32,000 nucleotides of DNA, taken from assembly GCF_900187275.1 (NCBI RefSeq), contig NZ_LT906458.1, positions 1,800,001-1,832,000 on the forward strand. The letters run 5' to 3'. The translations under genes and the position numbers were made by a program. The notes below the pieces were generated by a model. That model did no database searches. It saw only the letters and a program-made list of their open reading frames with translations, and had not been told where the DNA came from. This DNA is from Pasteurella multocida (GTDB lineage: Bacteria > Pseudomonadota > Gammaproteobacteria > Enterobacterales > Pasteurellaceae). This document shows, one piece after another, positions 13,600 through 22,069 of the stretch. Numbering within the stretch: the stretch's first letter is position 1; every line of letters starts with the position of its first letter.

Positions 13600-14223
13600 A
13601 TGAATATTTATTGCTTATTATTTGATGATTACGAAACACTGGACTTAATGGGACCGATTGAGTTTTTGTTTCGACTTCCAAATGTACAACTTCATTATAT
13701 TTCCAAGCAAGGTGGACTGATTAAAAGTTATCAAGGCTTTAAAACAGATACAGTTTCTATCACCTGTTTGCCAGAAAAAAGTATATTGCTGATTCCTGGT
13801 GGGCAAGGGACACGACAACTAGTCAAAGATATGCCGTTTTTAACTTGGTTAACCCAACTTGTGGATGAGGCTGAGTTTTGTCTGAGTGTTTGTACAGGCT
13901 CTGCTTTATTGGCTGCCATGAAACAACTTGACGGAAAATGGGCGACATCCAATAAATTAGCATTTGAGTGGGTTCGTCAGATAAATCCAGATGTGAAGTG
14001 GAAAGCTGTCGCTCGTTGGGTAAGAGATGGTAAGTTTTATAGTTCATCTGGTGTGACTGCTGGCATGGATATGACCTTAGGTTTTATTCATGATCATTAC
14101 GGTCAAGGCTTAGCACAACAGATAGCTAATCAAACGGAATATATTTGGAACGCTGATCCTAATAAAGATGAATTTGCTTCATTATATGGTTATTCCGCTA
14201 AAAGTAACATGACAAAAGCATAA
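13600..14223 (+). CDS. DJ-1/PfpI family protein, isocyanide-hydratase-like subclass
   Basis: Start chosen at ATG 13600 (GAGGAA SD at 13585-13590). The track ORF from 13516 overlaps the PhzF-like gene. Nucleophile-elbow motif SVCTGSALLA plus N-terminal LDLMGP. Confidence 0.8.
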   Translation: MNIYCLLFDDYETLDLMGPIEFLFRLPNVQLHYISKQGGLIKSYQGFKTDTVSITCLPEKSILLIPGGQGTRQLVKDMPFLTWLTQLVDEAEFCLSVCTGSALLAAMKQLDGKWATSNKLAFEWVRQINPDVKWKAVARWVRDGKFYSSSGVTAGMDMTLGFIHDHYGQGLAQQIANQTEYIWNADPNKDEFASLYGYSAKSNMTKA

Positions 14224-14294
14224 CAAGTTGAAGTGATGTCAGTATATCCAAAAGTGCGGTTAAATTTTTAATCGTTTTACAGAGAGAGAAAAAG

Positions 14295-17200
14295 ATGCCA
14301 AAACGTACAGATATAAACACCATATTAATCATCGGCGCAGGTCCGATTGTGATTGGGCAAGCGTGTGAGTTTGACTATTCGGGGGCGCAGGCGTGTAAAG
14401 CGTTGCGAGAAGAAGGCTATAAAGTGGTATTGGTGAACTCTAACCCCGCCACCATCATGACCGATCCCGATATGGCGGATGTGACCTATATTGAGCCGAT
14501 AGAGTGGCGAACAGTTGAAAAAATCATCGAAAAAGAGCGTCCAGATGCCATTTTACCCACCATGGGTGGACAAACCGCATTAAACTGTGCGTTGGATTTA
14601 TCCAAAAACGGCGTGTTGAAAAAATACAATGTCGAGCTGATTGGGGCAAAAGAAGATGCCATTGATAAAGCAGAGGACCGTGGGCGTTTCAAAGAGGCAA
14701 TGGAAAAAATCGGTTTAAGTACACCAAAATCCTTTGTTTGTCATACCTTGGAAGAGGCATGGGCGGCACAATCTGAAGTGGGTTTCCCGACTTTGATTCG
14801 TCCGTCTTTTACTATGGGCGGTTCTGGTGGCGGGATTGCGTATAACAAAGATGAATTTTATGCCATTTGTGAACGAGGATTTGATGCTTCACCGACCCAT
14901 GAATTACTCATTGAACAATCTGTATTAGGTTGGAAAGAATATGAAATGGAAGTAGTACGCGATAAAGCAGATAACTGCATTATCGTATGTTCGATTGAAA
15001 ACTTCGATCCAATGGGCGTACATACAGGGGATTCGATCACCGTTGCACCAGCACAAACCTTAACCGATAAAGAATACCAGATCATGCGTAACGCCTCGAT
15101 TGCGGTATTACGTGAAATCGGCGTAGATACGGGAGGATCAAACGTCCAATTTGCGATTAATCCAGAAAATGGAGAAATGATCGTGATTGAAATGAACCCA
15201 CGTGTTAGCCGGTCTTCCGCCCTTGCTTCCAAAGCAACGGGGTTCCCTATTGCCAAGGTAGCAGCGAAATTAGCCGTCGGTTACACCTTAAACGAACTCC
15301 GTAATGATATTACGGGAGGATTAATTCCTGCGTCCTTTGAGCCTTCTATTGACTATGTTGTGACGAAAGTCCCACGTTTTGCGTTTGAGAAATTCCCACA
15401 AGCGGATGATCGCTTAACCACACAAATGAAATCAGTGGGGGAAGTGATGGCAATGGGACGTACTTTCCAAGAATCCTTACAAAAAGCCTTACGTGGTTTA
15501 GAAACAGGCATTTGTGGCTTTAATTTAATGTCAGAAGAGCCGGAAAAAATTCGTCAAGAATTGGGTAATCCGGGACCTATCCGTATTCTTTATGTTGCAG
15601 ACGCGTTTGGTGCAGGCTTCACTTTAGACGAAGTCCATCATTACAGTAAAATTGATCCATGGTTCTTAATCCAAATTCAAGATTTGGTGCTAGAAGAACT
15701 TGCCCTTGAGAAGCGTACATTAGATGATCTGGATTATGCCGAGCTTCGTCGTTTAAAGCGCAAAGGCTTCTCAGATAAACGTATTGCTCAACTGACTAAA
15801 TCAGCGGAAAGTGCGGTCAGAAATAAGCGCGTTTCTTTAAACTTACACCCTGTTTATAAGCGAGTGGATACTTGTGCGGGTGAGTTTACCTCGGATACCG
15901 CCTATTTATATTCCACTTACGAGGAAGAATGTGAAAGCCGTCCGTCAGATAAGAAAAAAATCATGATTTTAGGTGGGGGACCGAACCGGATTGGACAAGG
16001 CATTGAATTCGATTATTGCTGTGTACACGCCTCACTTGCTCTACGTGAAGCGGGTTTTGAAACCATTATGGTGAACTGTAACCCAGAAACCGTATCGACG
16101 GATTTTGATACCTCTGATCGTCTTTATTTTGAGCCATTGACGCTAGAAGATGTCCTTGAAATTATCCATGTAGAAAAACCACATGGCGTGATTGTGCATT
16201 ATGGTGGTCAAACACCACTTAAACTTGCCAATGATCTACATGCCAATGGTGTGAACATTATTGGGACATCCGCAGACAGCATTGATGCGGCAGAAGACCG
16301 TGAACGTTTCCAACAAATTTTGCATAAATTACATCTGAAACAACCAACCAACCGCACAGCACGCAATGCGGAAGAAGCGGTGAAACTCGCTGAAGAAGTA
16401 GGCTATCCGTTGGTGGTGCGTCCGTCTTATGTGTTAGGTGGGCGAGCGATGCAAATCGTGTATAACGTGGATGAATTACAGCGTTATATGCGTGAGGCAG
16501 TGTCAGTGTCTAACGACAGTCCAATTTTATTGGATCACTTCTTAAATAATGCGATTGAAGTGGATGTGGATTGTATCTGTGACGGTGCGGAGGTCGTGAT
16601 CGGTGGGATTATGCAACATATTGAACAAGCGGGTATTCACAGTGGGGATTCCGCTTGCTCGTTACCCCCTTATTCCTTAAGCCAAGAGGTGCAAGATGAA
16701 ATCCGTCGTCAAACGGCAGAGATGGCATTTGCGTTAGGGGTGAAAGGGTTAATGAACGTACAATTTGCGGTACAAGACGGCGTGATTTATGTATTAGAAG
16801 TCAATCCACGTGCAAGTCGAACGGTTCCTTTTGTGAGTAAAGCAACAGGGCGCCCACTTGCCAAAATTGCGGCACGTGTGATGGCGGGTGAAAGCCTGAA
16901 AGCACAGGGTATTCAAGGGGAAGTGATTCCACCATTCTATTCGGTGAAAGAAGCCGTCTTCCCATTCATCAAATTCCCGGGCGTCGATACGGTGTTAGGT
17001 CCTGAAATGCGTTCAACCGGTGAAGTGATGGGCGTGGGGACAACCTTTGCTGAAGCGTTCTTAAAAGCCCAGCTTGGTGCCAACGAACGTATTCCAAAAA
17101 CCGGTAAAGTGTTTTTGTCGGTGAATGATGCAGATAAACCACGTTTATTACCTATTGCACGTCAATTACAAGAATCAGGTTATGGCTTATGTGCGACTTT

Positions 17201-17501
17201 AGGTACGGCAAAATTCCTGCGTGAGCACGGTGTTGCGGTACAAATTATTAATAAAGTGCGTGAAGGTCGCCCGAATATTGTTGACGCGATTAAAAATGGT
17301 GAAATTGCTATGGTGATCAATACGGTGAGCGGCTTAGCTGAAACCGTAACGGATGGACACGCCATTCGTCGCAGTGCGTTGCAACAAAAAGTATTTTTAC
17401 AAACTACCCTTGCGGGGGCGGAAGCCTTAGCGGGCAGTGTGGAATACCTTGCTGATTCTGAAGTGTATTCGTTACAGGATTTACACCAACGTTTACTGTA
17501 A
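14295..17501 (+). CDS. carB: Carbamoyl-phosphate synthase large subunit
   Basis: 1068 aa with duplicated ATP-grasp halves and an MGS-like C-terminal domain, collinear with CarB. Confidence 0.97.
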   Translation: MPKRTDINTILIIGAGPIVIGQACEFDYSGAQACKALREEGYKVVLVNSNPATIMTDPDMADVTYIEPIEWRTVEKIIEKERPDAILPTMGGQTALNCALDLSKNGVLKKYNVELIGAKEDAIDKAEDRGRFKEAMEKIGLSTPKSFVCHTLEEAWAAQSEVGFPTLIRPSFTMGGSGGGIAYNKDEFYAICERGFDASPTHELLIEQSVLGWKEYEMEVVRDKADNCIIVCSIENFDPMGVHTGDSITVAPAQTLTDKEYQIMRNASIAVLREIGVDTGGSNVQFAINPENGEMIVIEMNPRVSRSSALASKATGFPIAKVAAKLAVGYTLNELRNDITGGLIPASFEPSIDYVVTKVPRFAFEKFPQADDRLTTQMKSVGEVMAMGRTFQESLQKALRGLETGICGFNLMSEEPEKIRQELGNPGPIRILYVADAFGAGFTLDEVHHYSKIDPWFLIQIQDLVLEELALEKRTLDDLDYAELRRLKRKGFSDKRIAQLTKSAESAVRNKRVSLNLHPVYKRVDTCAGEFTSDTAYLYSTYEEECESRPSDKKKIMILGGGPNRIGQGIEFDYCCVHASLALREAGFETIMVNCNPETVSTDFDTSDRLYFEPLTLEDVLEIIHVEKPHGVIVHYGGQTPLKLANDLHANGVNIIGTSADSIDAAEDRERFQQILHKLHLKQPTNRTARNAEEAVKLAEEVGYPLVVRPSYVLGGRAMQIVYNVDELQRYMREAVSVSNDSPILLDHFLNNAIEVDVDCICDGAEVVIGGIMQHIEQAGIHSGDSACSLPPYSLSQEVQDEIRRQTAEMAFALGVKGLMNVQFAVQDGVIYVLEVNPRASRTVPFVSKATGRPLAKIAARVMAGESLKAQGIQGEVIPPFYSVKEAVFPFIKFPGVDTVLGPEMRSTGEVMGVGTTFAEAFLKAQLGANERIPKTGKVFLSVNDADKPRLLPIARQLQESGYGLCATLGTAKFLREHGVAVQIINKVREGRPNIVDAIKNGEIAMVINTVSGLAETVTDGHAIRRSALQQKVFLQTTLAGAEALAGSVEYLADSEVYSLQDLHQRLL

Positions 17502-17515
17502 TCGACTGTGGATAA

Positions 17516-17548
17516 AAAAGTGCGGTAAAAAGGACCGCACTTTTTTTA
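17516..17548 (+). terminator. carB terminator built from an inverted USS pair
   Basis: AAAAAAGTGCGGT-aaaaagg-ACCGCACTTTTTTT, with the forward USS at 17518-17526 and the reverse USS at 17534-17542. Confidence 0.8.
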
Positions 17549-17680
17549 AGTTGAGTTTCATAAAAAAATCGGGACAATTGTCCCGATTTTTCTTGATTAT
17601 AGCTAGACAAAGTCTAGCTATAAAAACCATACGCTTTGCGTATGGAACAGAAAAGCTTAAGCGGTGAGCAGAACAAAACA

Positions 17681-17730
17681 TCCTCCTATAATGAACAAGG
17701 CTGACAACCAAAATTCAACATATAGGAGGA
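17681..17730 (+). promoter_or_regulatory. Stem-loop sequestering the tnpA Shine-Dalgarno
   Basis: TCCTCCTATA (17681-17690) is the perfect complement of TATAGGAGGA (17721-17730). The latter contains the SD, 6 nt before ATG 17737. Translational repression by such a stem is described for Salmonella IS200. Confidence 0.6.
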
Positions 17731-17736
17731 TAAGTC

Positions 17737-18201
17737 ATGGCAAGTAAATCCAATGACGATTCAAGTCTATCACACACAAGATGGAACTGTAAGTACCACA
17801 TAGTCTTTATCCCTAAGTATAGGAGAAAAGCAATTTATGGAAAATTGCGAGTTGATATAGGAGGGATACTAAGACAATTATGTCACTACAAGAATGTAGA
17901 GATAATAGAGGCATATGCAATGAAAGAGCATATCCATATGCTGTTAAGGATACCTCCGAAACTGGCCGTTTCAAGTTTTATGGGGTATTTAAAAGGTAAG
18001 TCATCGCTAATGATATTTGAAAGACATGCAAATTTGAAATATAAGTATGGGAATCGAAATTTTTGGGCGAAAGGCTATTATGTAAGTACAGTAGGTTTAA
18101 ATACAAAAATTGTAGAGGAATATATCCGAAATCAGGAAAAGGAAGATATGATTCAGGATAATTTATCGAAGAAAGAATATATGGACCCCTTTAAGGGGTA
18201 G
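17737..18201 (+). CDS. tnpA: IS200/IS605 family Y1 (HUH) transposase TnpA
   Basis: 154 aa; HTRWNCKYHIVFIPKYRRK, HUH motif HIHMLL, SSFMGYLKGKSS, and the catalytic Tyr context EEYIRNQ. Very close to Salmonella IS200 TnpA as I recall it. Confidence 0.95.
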   Translation: MASKSNDDSSLSHTRWNCKYHIVFIPKYRRKAIYGKLRVDIGGILRQLCHYKNVEIIEAYAMKEHIHMLLRIPPKLAVSSFMGYLKGKSSLMIFERHANLKYKYGNRNFWAKGYYVSTVGLNTKIVEEYIRNQEKEDMIQDNLSKKEYMDPFKG

Positions 18202-18283
18202 GCAACAGAGTTATTGAACGGTTGTCAGAATTCACATGCCCCTTGAGGGGCATGTGAAGTACTAGGCCCTTATAGGGTGGCCT

Positions 18284-18307
18284 AAAAACCGCCCGTTTTA
18301 CGGGCGG
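18284..18307 (-). terminator. gpmA rho-independent terminator
   Basis: On the minus strand, CCGCCCG-TAAAA-CGGGCGG is followed by T5, 15 nt after the gpmA stop. Confidence 0.8.
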
Positions 18308-18321
18308 ATTGTTATTTTCAA

Positions 18322-19005
18322 TTAAAGGTAGTATTTTTCCACGACTTTTAAATTGTCATCTAATTTATACACTAATGGCTGACCGGTTGGGATTTCTAAA
18401 TCCATGATGTCTGCATCAGAAATGCCTTCAATGTGTTTTGCCAATGCGCGTAATGAGTTACCGTGTGCTGTCACAAGGACACGTTTACCCGCCAGTAAAG
18501 CTGGGGCAATTTGGTCTTCCCAGAAAGGTAAAACACGCTCAAGGGTGATTTTTAAGTTTTCTGCATCAGGTACCACATCGCTTGGTAAGTGAGCATAACG
18601 ACGGTCGTTATGGGCAGAATGAGGATCTTGTGGATCTAAATCTGGAGGAGAAATATCGTAAGAACGACGCCAAATATGGACTTGCTCATCACCATATTGT
18701 TCAGCAGTGGCTTTTTTATCTAAGCCTTGTAATGCACCGTAATGACGCTCATTTAAACGCCAGTTTTTCACTTGTGGGATCCAAAGTTGGTTAGATTCTT
18801 CTAACACAATGTTACAGGTTTTGATTGCACGCGTTAAAACAGACGTGAAAGCAATATCAAATTCAAAACCGGCTTCGAGTAATTTTTTGCCTGCTGATTT
18901 TGCTTCTTCAATACCGCGTTCTGTTAAGTTGACATCACGCCAACCTGTGAATAGGTTTTTGGCATTCCACTCACTGAAACCGTGGCGAATAAAGACCAAT
19001 TCCAT
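18322..19005 (-). CDS. gpmA: 2,3-bisphosphoglycerate-dependent phosphoglycerate mutase
   Basis: [22 protein letters not shown] contains the RHGxxxWN motif. The start is set at ATG 19005 because the SD (GAGGAG, complement of 19013-19018) lies inside the track ORF's 5-codon extension. Confidence 0.95.
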   Translation of the reverse strand: MELVFIRHGFSEWNAKNLFTGWRDVNLTERGIEEAKSAGKKLLEAGFEFDIAFTSVLTRAIKTCNIVLEESNQLWIPQVKNWRLNERHYGALQGLDKKATAEQYGDEQVHIWRRSYDISPPDLDPQDPHSAHNDRRYAHLPSDVVPDAENLKITLERVLPFWEDQIAPALLAGKRVLVTAHGNSLRALAKHIEGISDADIMDLEIPTGQPLVYKLDDNLKVVEKYYL

Positions 19006-19187
19006 AAAAAATCTCCTCAATGTTAATAAAAAAACTATGGCAAGTTATAGCAAAAAACAGCCGGCTTTAAAAGGGAAATACTTTGCTTTTCTGATCTGTC
19101 GCAAAAATTTAATGAAAAATTAGATTTAGAGCCCTTGCTCAAATAATGTTATATTTAATCAACGTGATTTTAACGGAAGGTTTTGCA

Positions 19188-20417
19188 ATGTGGTTGAGAT
19201 TGAATAACGTGAAAACTCGAAGAAAACTCACCGCACTTTGTTGCGGCTTATTGTGCATGTCGGTCAATGTGTTTGCTAATGATTTATCTAAAATTCAACA
19301 ACAAATCAAACAGCAAGAACAAAAAATTGCTGAGCAAAAGAAAGCGCAGCAAAAATTACAATCACATTTAAAAAATCAAGAAACCCAAATTAATCAAGTC
19401 ATAACACAGCTACGTCAAACGGAAACAGATCTAAAAGAAAGTCGCAAAATGATTAGCGACACAGAAAAGCAAATCCAGCGCTTAGAGAAGCAAGAACGTG
19501 AGCAAAAACAAAAATTGGCTGAACAATTAGACTCAGCTTACCGTTCGGCGGCTAATCCTTCCGCACTAGAGCGCATGCTGTCCGAGGAGGCAAAAAATGC
19601 CGATCGTCTTAAACAGTACTATGCCCATATGAACCAAGCGCGTTTGGCGTTAATTGATGATCTCAAAGCGACACAAACGCAATTAGCACAAGAAAAAGCC
19701 ACGATGATTGCTCAACAAAAAGCGCAACAGAGCCAATTATCGCAACAGAAAAAACAGCAGCAAGATCTGCAAAAAGTGCAACAAGAGCGACAGTCCACGT
19801 TAAAACAATTAAATCGAAATTTATCGCGTGATGAAACCCGCTTGGAAACCCTACGAGCTAATGAAAATGCCCTACGTCAAGAGATTCAACGCGCAGAACA
19901 AGCGGCACGCCAGCAGGAGCAGCGTGAGCGTGAAGCTTACGCACAAAAAAAGCAAGCAGAAGAAAAGAAAACGCAAAAACCGTATCAGCCGACAGCACAA
20001 GAAAAGCAATTAATGGCAAGCTCAAGTGGTTTGGGTAAGCCGAATAAGCAATACGCTTACCCTGTTTCAGGCAAATTATTAAATAGTTTTGGTGCAACCC
20101 AAATGGGCGAATTGCGCTGGAAGGGAATGGTCATTGGCGCGAATGCGGGTACCGCAGTGAAGAGTATCGCAGATGGACGCGTAATTTTAGCAAACTGGCT
20201 ACAAGGCTACGGGCTCATGGTGATTATCAAGCATGGTGAAAATGATTTAAGTCTTTATGGCTATAATCAGTCTGTGGTTGTCAAAGAGGGACAATTTGTC
20301 AAAGCCGGTCAGAAAATTGCTGAAGTTGGTAGTAGTGGTGGACAATCACAATCCTCCTTGTATTTTGAAATTCGTCGTAAAGGGGTGGCTGTGAATCCAA
20401 TAGGTTGGTTGAAATGA
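19188..20417 (+). CDS. envC: Murein hydrolase activator EnvC (coiled-coil plus LytM/M23 domain)
   Basis: Signal peptide ...CMSVNVFA/ND, a long Q/E/K-rich coiled coil and a C-terminal LytM-like domain (GMVIGANAGTAVKSIADGRVILANW...LYFEIRRKG). Start chosen at ATG 19188 (GGAAGG SD). Confidence 0.85.
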   Translation: MWLRLNNVKTRRKLTALCCGLLCMSVNVFANDLSKIQQQIKQQEQKIAEQKKAQQKLQSHLKNQETQINQVITQLRQTETDLKESRKMISDTEKQIQRLEKQEREQKQKLAEQLDSAYRSAANPSALERMLSEEAKNADRLKQYYAHMNQARLALIDDLKATQTQLAQEKATMIAQQKAQQSQLSQQKKQQQDLQKVQQERQSTLKQLNRNLSRDETRLETLRANENALRQEIQRAEQAARQQEQREREAYAQKKQAEEKKTQKPYQPTAQEKQLMASSSGLGKPNKQYAYPVSGKLLNSFGATQMGELRWKGMVIGANAGTAVKSIADGRVILANWLQGYGLMVIIKHGENDLSLYGYNQSVVVKEGQFVKAGQKIAEVGSSGGQSQSSLYFEIRRKGVAVNPIGWLK

Positions 20418-21256
20418 AAACAATTGGCGTCAAAAGGGTGAAAAGTGCGCTACTTTTTGGGGGCTTTTGGATCAGCATGGCGTTGGCACAGCCTGCCAAG
20501 TTAGCCATTGTGATCGATGATATTGGGTATCACCAGAAAGAAGACGCACAAATTTATGCGCTACCAAAAGAAATTTCGGTGGCAATTATCCCGTCTGCTC
20601 CACATGCTCGCCAACGTAATGAACAAGCCTATCAACAAGGTCGTGATATTTTAATCCATATGCCCATGCAACCGTTAAGTCATCAGCGCATTGAAGCGGG
20701 AGGATTACATGTTGGCATGCGCCAAGAGGACGTACAACAACGTGTGCAAACTGCCAAGGCGATTGTGTCTCATGCCATTGGCATGAATAATCACATGGGC
20801 AGTGCCGCGACTGCTGACGCGGAGTTAATGCGTAAATTAATGCAAGAACTGAAAGTGCAAGATTTGTTCTTTCTTGATAGCCGTACCATTGGACGCAGTG
20901 TGGCAGGCAAAATAGCCAAAGAGTACGGGGTACAAAGCCTCGATCGCCACATTTTTTTGGATGACAAAGACACTTATGCGGATGTTGAACGTCAATTTCA
21001 ACGTGCAGTGCATTATGCACAAAAGCACGGTACGGCAATCGCGATTGGTCATCCACGTAAAAATACAGTAGCCGTGTTACAAGCCGGATTAAAACATTTA
21101 CCCGATAATGTACAGTTAGTCGGCATGGGGCGTTTGTGGCGTAGTGAAACAGGGACGGCGCCGAAACCGCTTATTTCTCTCTTTAATACAATGCCAGCAC
21201 CAACATCGAGCATGCCTTATCAGGCTGTCCCAATGTTGAGAGGCATACCTCAATAA
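20414..21256 (+). CDS. yibQ: Divergent polysaccharide deacetylase family protein YibQ
   Basis: KLAIVIDDIGY...MNNHMGS motifs. The ATG at 20414 overlaps the envC stop (ATGA). The envC-yibQ order matches E. coli. Confidence 0.8.
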   Translation: MKTIGVKRVKSALLFGGFWISMALAQPAKLAIVIDDIGYHQKEDAQIYALPKEISVAIIPSAPHARQRNEQAYQQGRDILIHMPMQPLSHQRIEAGGLHVGMRQEDVQQRVQTAKAIVSHAIGMNNHMGSAATADAELMRKLMQELKVQDLFFLDSRTIGRSVAGKIAKEYGVQSLDRHIFLDDKDTYADVERQFQRAVHYAQKHGTAIAIGHPRKNTVAVLQAGLKHLPDNVQLVGMGRLWRSETGTAPKPLISLFNTMPAPTSSMPYQAVPMLRGIPQ

Positions 21257-21276
21257 TTTCTTATTCAGGAGACTGC

Positions 21277-21963
21277 ATGAAACAAAAGTATCTTTTCATT
21301 GCCTCAATGGCATTAGCGGGTTGCGGGAGTATGTCAGAAAGCAACAAGTATTGGATCCAATATAAAGATATTGATCAGTCTGTCAAAGAAGTGAGTTTTT
21401 GGTCAAGAGAGCAGTTTCATTCTCCCTCTGATGTTAAGGGGACGGTTTATCAACGTGATAATTTGACTCATCTGGCGACATCAACGCCATTAGGCGAGAT
21501 TTACCACATTTATGATGTGAATCATATACCCATGAATGTGATTTTCCTCGATACGAAAACGCAGCGTTCATTGAATCCGCAGAATGCACAAGACATGGCT
21601 CAATTAAGTAAAGCAACTCAGTTTGATTTCTATGAGTTTGGCAAAGGACGTATTGCACACGCGGTATTTAGTGCTAAAACAGGACTTTGCCAGGATTTCA
21701 AATCAAAACGCGGTGTCGCATTAAAAATGGCGACAAATTACTATACCGATGACAGCTATAAAGGCTATTACGTCAGCGTTATTCATGCCATTATCCGACA
21801 CAATGGGCAACATACCGATTTCGCTTATACACCGGCGTTTTCGATTGCCGACACGAAAGCGCTTGCTATGACCCAAGCTTTAGAGAAACAAGATGGAGAG
21901 AGAGTGGCACAGATGAATTTAAAAGAAAAAGTCACGTTATTGACGAATATTGTGTGCCAATAG
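21277..21963 (+). CDS. Hypothetical lipoprotein (228 aa), family not recognised
   Basis: AGGAG SD and lipobox MALAGC (Cys16). It lies 20 nt after yibQ on the same strand. Confidence 0.7.
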   Translation: MKQKYLFIASMALAGCGSMSESNKYWIQYKDIDQSVKEVSFWSREQFHSPSDVKGTVYQRDNLTHLATSTPLGEIYHIYDVNHIPMNVIFLDTKTQRSLNPQNAQDMAQLSKATQFDFYEFGKGRIAHAVFSAKTGLCQDFKSKRGVALKMATNYYTDDSYKGYYVSVIHAIIRHNGQHTDFAYTPAFSIADTKALAMTQALEKQDGERVAQMNLKEKVTLLTNIVCQ

Positions 21964-21975
21964 CGTTTTCAAAAC

Positions 21976-22012
21976 AAGTGCGGTGCTTTTTAACGCTGTT
22001 TTGTCACCGCAC
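21976..22012. terminator. USS-containing hairpin between the convergent lipoprotein and TonB-receptor genes
   Basis: GTGCGGTG (21979-21986) pairs with CACCGCAC (22005-22012). The loop is 18 nt, so it is a weak terminator at best. A forward USS lies at 21976-21984. Confidence 0.4.
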
Positions 22013-22069
22013 GAGCATTGAATTCCCCTTTAAAATTAAAGCTTTTTCTATACTCAGGGGCGTGTGCAA

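Larger units (their letters stand above)
17550..18283 (+). mobile_element. IS200-type insertion sequence (IS200/IS605 family, tnpA only); ends approximate
   Basis: Contains an IS200-like Y1 transposase gene preceded by about 185 nt of hairpin-dense leader. The hairpins are H1 at 17562-17591, H2 at 17600-17620, H3 at 17627-17645 and an SD-sequestering stem at 17681-17730. About 80 nt follow, with a perfect hairpin (18233-18256) and an imperfect one (18265-18282). The total of roughly 0.7 kb fits IS200. Confidence 0.8.

Noticed and set aside
14858-15256. 132-aa antisense ORF inside carB, and similar antisense ORFs (1698-2012 in trkH, 20586-21056 in yibQ, 26709-27026 in engB, 13731-14047 in the DJ-1 gene)
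   Set aside because: They are fully embedded opposite strongly supported conserved genes, with no ribosome-binding sites and no recognisable domains.
17404-17711. Three overlapping ORFs (17404-17610 minus, 17437-17667 plus, 17493-17711 minus)
   Set aside because: They run through the carB 3' end, the USS terminator and the hairpin-dense IS200 left end. The sequences are low-complexity, lack an SD and are mutually exclusive.
17737-18283. IS605-type two-gene element (tnpA plus tnpB/omega RNA) or a REP-associated RAYT
   Set aside because: There is no tnpB ORF in the ~80 nt after tnpA. The protein is collinear with bona fide IS200 TnpA rather than RAYTs, and I saw no REP arrays flanking it.
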